NCBI GenBank assembly: GCA_963719515.1
Contig: CAVRCJ010000006.1
Span: 435,866 to 499,865, forward strand
DNA: 64,000 nucleotides
Direction of reading: 5' to 3'
Source: an uncultured cyanobacterium
GTDB taxonomy: Bacteria; Cyanobacteriota; Cyanobacteriia; CAKZMO01
Shown: piece by piece, positions 48,562-57,266 of the stretch
Layout: every line of letters begins with the position of its first letter
How positions within the stretch are numbered: position 1 is the stretch's first letter
Translations under genes and position numbers: made by a program
The notes under the pieces: generated by a model
What the model saw: only the letters and a program-made list of their open reading frames with translations
What the model was told of the DNA's origin: nothing
Database searches by the model: none

Positions 48562-50820
48562 ATGGCAGACCCCATCAGCAGCACGATTGTTGGCGCGATC
48601 GCAGGCCCCGTATTTGAGCAGCTTTGGAAGGCGGGCGGCAGCGCCGTACAAAGTATCAAAAGCGAGTACAGCCGGGTAGAGACAATTGATAAGCTTCGTG
48701 CGGCGAGCGCCGAGTACGAGCAACGCTACCGTAAGCGTCATGGGCTGATTCGTGTAATGCCAGGACTGATGAAAGAGCCGGTACCGCTAGAGAACATCTA
48801 CACGGCGGTGAAGCTTCTGGATGACCGAGACATTCGCTACTTCCGGACAGAGCAGGATTTGGAAGAAGCCTACCGGCAGACGAGGCGGCGCAGCTTTCAG
48901 CTTGGAAGCGACAGGCGGCGGGATGGGATTGCGATCGCTAATGAGAAGCAGTATCTGATGGTGTTGGGGGGACCGGGCATTGGTAAATCCACGTTCTTGC
49001 GAAAGCTAGGAATTGAGGCGCTGAAGGGGGAGGCGGGGCAACTCACGCACAGGCGGATTCCAGTGTTGCTGGAGTTGAAGGAGATGCGGGACGCTGAGGT
49101 TGATTTGGTGGGAGCGATCGCCCGCGAGTTTGAGGTTTGTGGTTTTCCAGCGGCGGCGGCGTTCGCACTCAAGGCGCTGGAGGGGGGCGATCTGCTGGTA
49201 CTGTTTGATGGGCTAGATGAGGTGCCAAAGCAGAACCTTAACCGGGTCATTGAGGCGATCGAGAATTTTGTAGACCAGTACGACAAAAACTGCTTTGTGG
49301 CCTCTTGCCGAATTGCCGCCTATAACAGCGGCTTTCGGCGGTTCACGGATGTGACGATCGCGGAGTTTGACGATGAGCAGATTGAGCAGTTTATCAACCG
49401 CTGGTTTAGGTCTGAATTGGACCAGAGTAACCAGACGGCTGAAAAGTATTGGGAACTACTGGCTAAGCCAGATCATAAGGCAACTAAAGAATTGGCCCAG
49501 ACGCCACTGCTGTTGACATTTTTATGCTTGGTGTATGACCGCGAGCAGACGCTGCCTAACACCCGTAGCACGCTTTACGGACGTGCACTGAATATTTTGC
49601 TGACGGAATGGACAGCACAGAAGCGGCTGGAGAGAGACCCGATCTACGAGGGCTTTAATCCGGATTTAGAAGAAGTGCTGCTTGCGCAGATCGCCTATGG
49701 CACCTTTGAACAAGACAAATTATTCTTCTCAAAAGCTGAAGTTACCAGGAGAATTGCGGAATTTTTGTCTGACACTTTAAACGCACCAAAACACCTCAAC
49801 AGCAGCACGGTACTAGAAGCCATAGAGAGCCATCAAGGGCTTTTAGTTGAGCGAGCAACTGATACTTACTCATTTTCTCATCTGACGATTCAAGAGCATT
49901 TAGCTGCTCACTATATTGTTAGAGTTTCTGGAAAAGAATTAGTCGAAAAAATAGTTTCTCAGCATATACTAGATAATAGATGGAGGGAAGTATTCTTGTT
50001 AATAGCTGGGCTTTTAGGAGAAAATCTTCAACTATTACTGACTTCCTTGGAAAGAAAAGCGGCCTCCTGCATTGAAAAAGATCAAAAATTCAATGAGCTT
50101 TTTCAATGGGTCGAAGAGATTACTAATACTGAAAAAAAGTGCTACAGCACCAAGGCAATGGCACTTTATATTGCTTTTGGAAATGCTGTCAATGTTGTCA
50201 ATAAAAAGAAAGAGCAGTCTATTGATGACTTCGAAGTTTTGGGGAACACTGGGAAGAAGAAGAAGCTTGAGATTGTAGAAGATGCAAATTCTATTATCAC
50301 AGCTAAAAATAGCCTGAACGGGCTCATAGAAGGTAATTTTACTGGCTCTATGCAAGATATTTACAACGCCTCTGATGCTATTAATAAGGCTATTATCGTA
50401 GCGGTTTATATTTCCAGCTTCACTACTACCGCTACGAATACAGCCAGCGAAATAAAAATCGAGATCAATGCTGCTATCTCCGCAGCAAATAAAATCGAGC
50501 AGGCAAACATATTCGACTCTAAAAATCTTCGTAAACTTCCATTAGAGCTAGACTCTCTCAGCAAGAACATTCCACATAATAATGCACCAGAATCAGAGTG
50601 GGGAATATGGAAAGACAAGCTTGCGAACGTTTGGCTTTCCAGCTTTGATTTAACAAATGACATTGTTTCCTTTTCATGGTCGAGTGTAGAATCAATCGCT
50701 AACTATCTATATATTAATGAGTTGATTATTCTTTGTAAGAACTCCGCTGTGCGCGTTTCTAAAAAAGAGTGGGAAGCCCTAGAAGCGCGGCTGTTGACTC
50801 TGCCAGAAAGCCATTCTTAG
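48562..50820 (+). CDS. NACHT (STAND) NTPase protein
   Basis: GGPGIGKST Walker A, LVLFDGLDE Walker B, ASCR, TPLLL, YSFSHLTIQEHLAA, RWREVFLL. Confidence 0.93.
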   Translation: MADPISSTIVGAIAGPVFEQLWKAGGSAVQSIKSEYSRVETIDKLRAASAEYEQRYRKRHGLIRVMPGLMKEPVPLENIYTAVKLLDDRDIRYFRTEQDLEEAYRQTRRRSFQLGSDRRRDGIAIANEKQYLMVLGGPGIGKSTFLRKLGIEALKGEAGQLTHRRIPVLLELKEMRDAEVDLVGAIAREFEVCGFPAAAAFALKALEGGDLLVLFDGLDEVPKQNLNRVIEAIENFVDQYDKNCFVASCRIAAYNSGFRRFTDVTIAEFDDEQIEQFINRWFRSELDQSNQTAEKYWELLAKPDHKATKELAQTPLLLTFLCLVYDREQTLPNTRSTLYGRALNILLTEWTAQKRLERDPIYEGFNPDLEEVLLAQIAYGTFEQDKLFFSKAEVTRRIAEFLSDTLNAPKHLNSSTVLEAIESHQGLLVERATDTYSFSHLTIQEHLAAHYIVRVSGKELVEKIVSQHILDNRWREVFLLIAGLLGENLQLLLTSLERKAASCIEKDQKFNELFQWVEEITNTEKKCYSTKAMALYIAFGNAVNVVNKKKEQSIDDFEVLGNTGKKKKLEIVEDANSIITAKNSLNGLIEGNFTGSMQDIYNASDAINKAIIVAVYISSFTTTATNTASEIKIEINAAISAANKIEQANIFDSKNLRKLPLELDSLSKNIPHNNAPESEWGIWKDKLANVWLSSFDLTNDIVSFSWSSVESIANYLYINELIILCKNSAVRVSKKEWEALEARLLTLPESHS

Positions 50821-50886
50821 GCTGGATAAAACTGACGCAAATAAACTATTTCTTGCCCGTCTTGCGACCCTCCCGTCAGCGGCACT

Positions 50887-51293
50887 CCCCTTATCAAGAT
50901 GCCGCTGGCGAAATATTTCGTAACCGAGTTACACAATCTAGAGGCCCCCTCCGCCCCCAATCCTGGGGGAACCAGATTAAAAGCTAAAACACTTGCTGTT
51001 GATAGGTTTTAGCCAGTAAATCCGTAAATCTTGCTCCCCCAGAATTGGGGGTTGGGGGGCCTTCTTCGAGGCGTAAAATAGCTGAAACATTACAGGACAT
51101 GAATATCGCCAGCAGTATCGTATCAAGGGGGAACCAGATTAAAAGCTAAAACACTTGCTGTTGATAGGTTTTAGCCAGTAAATCCGTAAATCTTGCTCCC
51201 CCAGGATTGGGGGTTGGGAGTCCTTCTTCGAGGCGCAAAATAGCCGAAATATTACAGAACATGAATATCGCCAGCAGTATCGTATCAAGGGGG
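50887..51293. repeat. Nested MITE/REP-like structure with a 162-bp tandem duplication
   Basis: Copies at 50965-51126 and 51127-51288; outer IR GATGCCGCTGGCGAAAT / ATATCGCCAGCAGTATC; inner CCCCCAATCCTGGGGG / CCCCCAGAATTGGGGG. Confidence 0.8.
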
Positions 51294-51398
51294 CAGGGGG
51301 GCTCCCTACGCTGAATATGGCAGCAAATACTTTTTGCGCGTCAATGCGTAATGATTTCGGTACTCATCGCGTTAGCCTAACTGCATCTACGAACCCAA

Positions 51399-52007
51399 TC
51401 AAACCCGCCCTGCTGCAAACACCGCCCCAACATTCAACCGCAGCTCCGAAAACGTCGCCGATGTCAGAATATCGCTGCCCTTAAGCGATCGCTTCTCATA
51501 CCGGTCCCCCACCAGCTCACACGCCGTAACCGCTGGCTGCTTAGGACTGCCAACATAATCCCTACCACCCAATCCCAAATAATCCACAATCCAATACTCC
51601 GGCACTCCGAGCAGCGCGTAGTCTTCCGTTTTACGGGCATAATCGTTTTGCCAGTTGGTGCTGACCACCTCAGCAATTAACTTAATCGCCCCGTTAGAGG
51701 TAATCACCGGCTGCTGACGCCACAGCGGCTCGTGTACAAGCTGGGTTTGGTCCAGCACAATTAGATCTGGCCTAAACGCCGTGTTGTCTGAGGCCCGAAC
51801 CAAGCAGCGATGGGGAATGGTGTATGGCAGATTGAGGCGATCGATTTCAACGTTGAGCTTTCTAGCGATGAAGGCAATAACTAATTCATGCAATCCAGTC
51901 GGCTCCAAATTGACTAGCTCCCCATCAATCAGCTCATACTCGTCGCGATCGCCATACTCCGCAACAAAGCTATCTGCGGTCAATAGGTTGGAATTTAGCT
52001 GGACCAT
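51399..52007 (-). CDS. Uma2 family (DUF820) endonuclease
   Basis: YELIDG, FRPDLIV, IAEVVS, K..DYALLGVPEYWIVD. Confidence 0.93.
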   Translation of the reverse strand: MVQLNSNLLTADSFVAEYGDRDEYELIDGELVNLEPTGLHELVIAFIARKLNVEIDRLNLPYTIPHRCLVRASDNTAFRPDLIVLDQTQLVHEPLWRQQPVITSNGAIKLIAEVVSTNWQNDYARKTEDYALLGVPEYWIVDYLGLGGRDYVGSPKQPAVTACELVGDRYEKRSLKGSDILTSATFSELRLNVGAVFAAGRV

Positions 52008-52045
52008 TTCCCTTCCCTAATCCACGACTTCAGAACAACATTCAC

Positions 52046-52183
52046 TTACCCGTTCAGCAACCGCGCCACCTCAACCTCCGGAAACGCCAGTGGTCTCACC
52101 ACACCGCCTGAAAAAGTTTCTTGAGATTCATATCCCTCAGCAGTCGGCGATCGCATCACCACCAGCACCATCGTCTGTAGGTC
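52046..52183 (-). pseudogene. C-terminal fragment of a second Uma2 gene
   Basis: DLQTMVLVVMRSPTAEGYESQETFSGGVVRPLAFPEVEVARLLNG*; no upstream catalytic part. Confidence 0.65.
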
Positions 52184-52265
52184 GTCGTTAGGGCTATCCC
52201 TCTGTGGGTAACCTGCTTTTAATCATAGCTGCGCGTGATTCTGTGGGTTGAAAGACGGGCTGCTC

Positions 52266-52324
52266 GGGGGCTTGGCCCCCAAACCCCCGACTGGGGGACA
52301 AGTTGTCTCCCCCAGACCCCCTGC
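52266..52324. repeat. G/C-tract double-hairpin dispersed repeat
   Basis: GGGGG-CTTGG-CCCCC and CTGGGGGA-N9-TCCCCCAG hairpins. Confidence 0.6.
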
Positions 52325-52422
52325 AAACGACGGGATCTGTGGGGGATTTGGGTTCTGGCGCGGCAGCTTTTCGCGCTAGTAACGACACCCTGTGGTTGGG
52401 TGCGCTTCGCTTAACGACCAGC

Positions 52423-53484
52423 CTACGAGCTTATGGCGTCTATCAACGAGTCTCCGCCAAAGCGCACCACGTCTGAGCAGGGTAGACCCGTCTCCCGGTG
52501 AACCTGAGCGATCGCCTCGCGGGCGGCCTCATCACTCAGCCCCCAAGTATTGAGGGCGATCGCCGCCACCTTGGCCCCCGAAAACGATGGACTCGCCGCC
52601 GCCACGGTCTCGTAGAGCCAAATTGCCTCGGGCAAAGGCGGCAGCGCGAACTCGGGAAAGTGGTGGATGTGGGTCTGCCCCACGCGATGGACCAAGACTA
52701 AGTGGGTGGGCTGACTCCCCCGCATCAGCGGCAGGGTAGCGGTGGAGCCGGGGTGAATGAGAGACCCTTGGCCCTCTATAAATAGGACGTCCTGTTCAGC
52801 GCCCCACCGCATCACCTGCGCCTCCACCGCCCCCGCCGCAAAGTCGATGCGCACCGCGTCTAGGGCCACCCCATCGTGGCCCAGCATCAGGCCCGTCTGC
52901 CCCGTGGCGATGAACTTGGCGCGCAGGCCCTTTTCTTGAGCAGCCCGGTGCAGCTCCAGCGCCGTAGACATCTTGCCCACGGCCATGTCGGTGCCGACGG
53001 TAAGCACCCGGCGACAGGGGAGCGATCGCGCTTTGCCGCTGCCGATGCCCAGCCCTTCTGGCTCCCGGCGCACGTCCCAGACCCACTGGCCTTCTGTGAG
53101 TAGATCGGCAAACATCGGCTGCATGGGTGTGTGCAGACCGTTGACTACCGACAGCCCTGCTTCCACCCCCTGTCGCACCTCCTGTTGCCAAGGCTCGGGG
53201 AGTGCGCCTCCCGAGGGGGCGATACCAATGGCGAGCACGGTTGGGTTGAAGGCCAAAGCATCGTTTACCGAGGCAACGATGGGGATGTCTCGGGGAATGC
53301 CGGTCAGCGCCTCGACGCTCTCGCCGGGGCAGTCTTGGTCCACCACCGCCACAATAGGGTAGTCGCCGTAGCGCAGTAGGGAAATGCCAGTTTTGCCGCT
53401 GACCTCTTTCAGGCCGCCGTGGAGCAAAATGGCGAGGCGATGATTCCCAAGGGCCGGCGTGTGGCCATCGCTGAGCTTAGTCAT
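52423..53484 (-). CDS. DUF1611 domain protein (DgcN-like putative D-glutamate N-acetyltransferase)
   Basis: GKT, IGIAPSGG, NGLH, VGTDMAVGK, ATGQTG, IEGQGSL. Confidence 0.88.
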   Translation of the reverse strand: MTKLSDGHTPALGNHRLAILLHGGLKEVSGKTGISLLRYGDYPIVAVVDQDCPGESVEALTGIPRDIPIVASVNDALAFNPTVLAIGIAPSGGALPEPWQQEVRQGVEAGLSVVNGLHTPMQPMFADLLTEGQWVWDVRREPEGLGIGSGKARSLPCRRVLTVGTDMAVGKMSTALELHRAAQEKGLRAKFIATGQTGLMLGHDGVALDAVRIDFAAGAVEAQVMRWGAEQDVLFIEGQGSLIHPGSTATLPLMRGSQPTHLVLVHRVGQTHIHHFPEFALPPLPEAIWLYETVAAASPSFSGAKVAAIALNTWGLSDEAAREAIAQVHRETGLPCSDVVRFGGDSLIDAISS

Positions 53485-54526
53485 CCTGCCGCCTCACGCC
53501 AAGACCGGGGGCGTCGCTGGGCCAGGGCCGCCCCTGATTGAGGGCTGCGCCGATGAACGGGTCGTCTATTAAATTTAGGTGGCTGTCGAGGTCCAGGTAG
53601 TCGGCAAAGGGGGCCAGCTGCGCCGCCGCCGCGTTGGATAGAGCGCTATCGGAGTAGCACCCAAACATAACTTTGAGCCCATGGGCTTGAGCCGTGTGAA
53701 CCATACGCAGCGCCTCCGATAGTCCGCCTGATTTCATTAGCTTAATATTAATGCCGTGGACCCGGCCCGCCAATGTCGGAATATCTTGACTGGTGAAACA
53801 GCTCTCGTCTACCACAATGGGCAGGGGCGATCGCCGGTAAAGCGCCGACAAATCTTCCTCTTGCCCGTGGGCCAGCGGCTGCTCGATGTAGGTCACCCCC
53901 CGGTCCGCGAGCCAAGAAATCATGGTGAGCGCCTCTGCAGAGGTCCAGCCGCCGTTGGCGTCGACGCTGACGTTTGCCCCTTCCGGCACCTCCTCTCGGA
54001 CGGCCTCGAACATCGCCTGGTCAATCTCCAGGCCCTGAGGACTGCCCAGCTTAATTTTCACCGCTTTAACATTGTCAGCCCCCAGCTGCTCTTTCCACAG
54101 CCGCAGCCGCTCTTGGGCTTTCTCCGGTGAGTTGATGCCTATCGTAAAAGAGGTGGGCACGATGCGATCGCGATCGCCTCCCCACAGTTTCCAGAGCGGC
54201 ACGTTTAGCGCTTTGCCAATCCAGTCGTGAACGGCCATATCTAGCGCCGTCCGCGCGGCAGAAGGGGCCGCTGTCGCCAGCTGCTGAATCTTCTGGGTCT
54301 CAAATGGAGAGAGGGCGGATAAGGCCGGGGCCAACTGCTGCAGCGCCGCGAGGGCCGTTTCGCTCGTCTGCCGCTGGCCCACCGCAAAGGGAGAGGCTTC
54401 TCCCCAGCCCTCCACATCGCCATGACGCAGCCTCACCCAGAGGTTGGTGCTTTGGGCCGTGGTGCCGCGACTGATGGTGAGGGCGACGCGCTTTTTGAGC
54501 GTGAATGACTCGAAATAAAGTTGCAT
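53477..54526 (-). CDS. Dipeptide epimerase (enolase superfamily, L-Ala-D/L-Glu epimerase / DgcA-like)
   Basis: GWGEA, KIKLG, VDANGGW, IEQP, VDES, NIKLMK, DLD. Confidence 0.9.
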   Translation of the reverse strand: MQLYFESFTLKKRVALTISRGTTAQSTNLWVRLRHGDVEGWGEASPFAVGQRQTSETALAALQQLAPALSALSPFETQKIQQLATAAPSAARTALDMAVHDWIGKALNVPLWKLWGGDRDRIVPTSFTIGINSPEKAQERLRLWKEQLGADNVKAVKIKLGSPQGLEIDQAMFEAVREEVPEGANVSVDANGGWTSAEALTMISWLADRGVTYIEQPLAHGQEEDLSALYRRSPLPIVVDESCFTSQDIPTLAGRVHGINIKLMKSGGLSEALRMVHTAQAHGLKVMFGCYSDSALSNAAAAQLAPFADYLDLDSHLNLIDDPFIGAALNQGRPWPSDAPGLGVRRQDD

Positions 54527-54653
54527 ACTGCACGAGGCGTAATCTTGATGATAGTTAAAGTTATCTCCTGCGGTGGAGCATTCGGGCTAGTAATAGGCCA
54601 ACACCGCTATGGTAAAATCGCGATTAAGACAATGTAGGCTAAGGATATTAGGC

Positions 54654-54983
54654 ATGTCAGCAGCAGCCCCAGTTACGGATTCCAGCTTCGAAAAAGAGGT
54701 CTTGGAGAGCGAAGTTCCTGTTCTAGTTGATTTTTGGGCTCCTTGGTGTGGACCATGTCGGATGGTTGCTCCAGTTGTCGAAGAAATTGCCGAGCAGTAT
54801 GACGGTAAGGTTAAGGTCGTCAAGGTCAACACTGACGAGAATCCAAGCGTTGCCAGCACCTATGGCATCCGCAGCATTCCCACTTTGATGATTTTCAAAG
54901 GGGGACAGCGCGTTGACATGGTGGTGGGCGCTGTTCCTAAGACGACGTTGGCGAATACGCTAGAGAAGCACATCGCATCGTAA
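54654..54983 (+). CDS. trxA: Thioredoxin (m-type)
   Basis: [21 protein letters not shown] at 54654. Confidence 0.96.
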   Translation: MSAAAPVTDSSFEKEVLESEVPVLVDFWAPWCGPCRMVAPVVEEIAEQYDGKVKVVKVNTDENPSVASTYGIRSIPTLMIFKGGQRVDMVVGAVPKTTLANTLEKHIAS

Positions 54984-55167
54984 ACACATTGCATCATAGC
55001 CAAGTCTAGAGCGAGTTTGGCTTGAGGGCAGCGTCTACAGACGCTGCTTTTGTTTTGGCAATGCGGACGGGTACGCCGCGGTGCGGTGCGGTTAACATCA
55101 CGCAACACTCGTAGGGCGGTCAATAGAGATGCCGCTAGAATAGGGTGCTGTCAGTTTTGTCAAACCT

Positions 55168-56232
55168 ATGGTTTCCTCATCTTCGGCCCTGGAATCTCTT
55201 CGCGCAGAGGCCAATGAGCTCCTTGACCAACTTCCTACAATGCGCCATGGACAAGTGATTCAGCAGGCGCTGACAACGCTGGTTCGCATGGCAGAGGTGG
55301 AGGCCGATCGCCTTGACTGGAAGCTCTTGACCGCCGCTATGCAGGATATGGAGCGAGCGTTTCGGGTGTTCTACCCCTACCGCCACACGCGAAAAATCAC
55401 GATCTTTGGCTCGGCCCGCACCGATCGCAAAACTGGTGAATACCAGATGGCCACTGACTTCGCCCGCGCTATTGTTCAGCGTGGCTTCATGGTGATGACG
55501 GGAGCCGGAGGGGGGATCATGCAGGCGGGGAATGAGGGGGCAACGGCTGAACATTCCTTTGGTCTCAATATTCAGCTGCCCTTTGAGCAGGGCGCTAACG
55601 GCTACATCCAAGACGATCCGAAGCTGATTGACTTTAAGTACTTTTTCACCCGCAAGCTTTTCTTTTTGCGGGAGACCGACGCTCTGGCCCTGTTTCCCGG
55701 AGGCTTTGGCACCCAAGACGAAGCCTTTGAATGTCTGACGCTGATTCAAACCGGTAAGTCAGACCCCATTCCCCTCGTGCTCATCGACGAGCCAGGGCGA
55801 GACTACTGGCGCAATTGGGACGGCTACATTCGGGAGAATTTGCTGGCGGCGGGGTTAGTCAGCCCTGGCGATCCCGACCTCTACACCATCACAACCAGCA
55901 TCGACGAGGCCTGTGAGACGATCGCCAACTTCTACCGGGTGTATCACTCTAGCCGCTACGTGGGCGATCGCCTGGTAATGCGGCTGAAATGCGGCCTGAC
56001 GGATGAGTCGCTGGCCTACCTGAACGACACGTTCAGCGACCTGCTGGTTACAGGGAAAATTCTGCAGGGCGGTCTGCTGCCGGAGGAAAAAGACGAAGAG
56101 ACGCCCGAGCTGCCGCGCCTAGTGCTGCACTTCAATCAGCGAGAGTTTGGGCGGCTGAACCAGTTTATTAAAGTACTCAACGAGATGGAGACAGAGAGTC
56201 CCAAGTCCGTGACCCACCCTGAGAAAAAGTAG
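55168..56232 (+). CDS. LOG family nucleotide phosphoribohydrolase
   Basis: TIFGSAR, TGAGGGIM, YFFTRK, PGGFGTQDE. Confidence 0.92.
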   Translation: MVSSSSALESLRAEANELLDQLPTMRHGQVIQQALTTLVRMAEVEADRLDWKLLTAAMQDMERAFRVFYPYRHTRKITIFGSARTDRKTGEYQMATDFARAIVQRGFMVMTGAGGGIMQAGNEGATAEHSFGLNIQLPFEQGANGYIQDDPKLIDFKYFFTRKLFFLRETDALALFPGGFGTQDEAFECLTLIQTGKSDPIPLVLIDEPGRDYWRNWDGYIRENLLAAGLVSPGDPDLYTITTSIDEACETIANFYRVYHSSRYVGDRLVMRLKCGLTDESLAYLNDTFSDLLVTGKILQGGLLPEEKDEETPELPRLVLHFNQREFGRLNQFIKVLNEMETESPKSVTHPEKK

Positions 56233-56420
56233 GCAAAGCTTGCCGGCGGGGTTGAGGCTTTAAGTTAAAGGGTGACGATCGCTGCTGCCTGCCGGTGGCG
56301 GCGATCGCCAGTCCTGATAGCTTGCCGGTAAGGCCGCAAAGCAAATAAGACTGTAGAATTGAGCAGGCTTGCAGAAAATAAACTTTTGTTGCGAGCCGAT
56401 GTTCGTATACCCGCGCCAAG

Positions 56421-57263
56421 ATGCTTGTCAAAAAGAAGATTGATTATTACCCTGTTACAGTCATTTTGCTGGTTCTAGGGATCGACCTCGCCGTCGTCTT
56501 GTTCAGCCCTTCCCCCGTCATCCCCCTTCTCTGGACGCTCGTCAGCCTCAATATCAAAGGGTGGATTTGCAGCTGGAACCATCACCATCAACACGTTAAG
56601 TTCTTCACCCTCCCCTGGGCCAACCGCGTCATTGAGCTGGCCATGGGGCTACAGACGGGCATCGTGGGGGAAGCGTGGGTGCTGCACCATACGCTAGGTC
56701 ACCACCTCAACTACTTGGACCAATCTAAAGACGAATCGGCCTGGAAAACTAAAAGTGGAAGGTTGATGACTCGCCTAGAATATACTTTCAAGGTAGCAAT
56801 TATGGCGTATCCCAAGGCCCTGGGCGTGGGTAAGCGTCATCCCAAAGCGCGCACCAGGCTTGTGCAAAATATTGCCGTGACGGTACTGCTGCTGGGAATG
56901 CTTGCCTGGGTCAGCTGGATGAATACGCTGATTGTGTTTGTTATTCCCATGGTCGTGCTGCTGTTGATGACCGCCCACGAGACCTACTATCACCATGCGG
57001 GTTTAGAGGACGATGACCCCTACAGAGCGACCTACAACATCACCGATCGCTGGTACAACTTCTTCACCTGCAACCTGGGCTACCACACCGCTCACCACCT
57101 TCAGTGCGGTCGCCACTGGAGCGAGCTGCCCCAGCTGCACGCAGAGATAGAAGAAAAGATTCCTGCCCATCTCTATCGGGACGCTGGCTTCCCGTTTTCT
57201 TTGATGACGCGAGTGGAGCAGGGGCTGTCTCGCCAGTTCGGGAAGGTGCCTAACTTTCAGTAA
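56421..57263 (+). CDS. Membrane fatty acid desaturase family protein
   Basis: His boxes HHHQH, HHTLGHH, HTAHH; TM segments. Confidence 0.85.
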   Translation: MLVKKKIDYYPVTVILLVLGIDLAVVLFSPSPVIPLLWTLVSLNIKGWICSWNHHHQHVKFFTLPWANRVIELAMGLQTGIVGEAWVLHHTLGHHLNYLDQSKDESAWKTKSGRLMTRLEYTFKVAIMAYPKALGVGKRHPKARTRLVQNIAVTVLLLGMLAWVSWMNTLIVFVIPMVVLLLMTAHETYYHHAGLEDDDPYRATYNITDRWYNFFTCNLGYHTAHHLQCGRHWSELPQLHAEIEEKIPAHLYRDAGFPFSLMTRVEQGLSRQFGKVPNFQ

Positions 57264-57266
57264 CCG

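Noticed and set aside
55168..56232. LOG protein as part of the TIR/SLOG system
   Set aside because: Lies >30 kb away beside trxA in a housekeeping context
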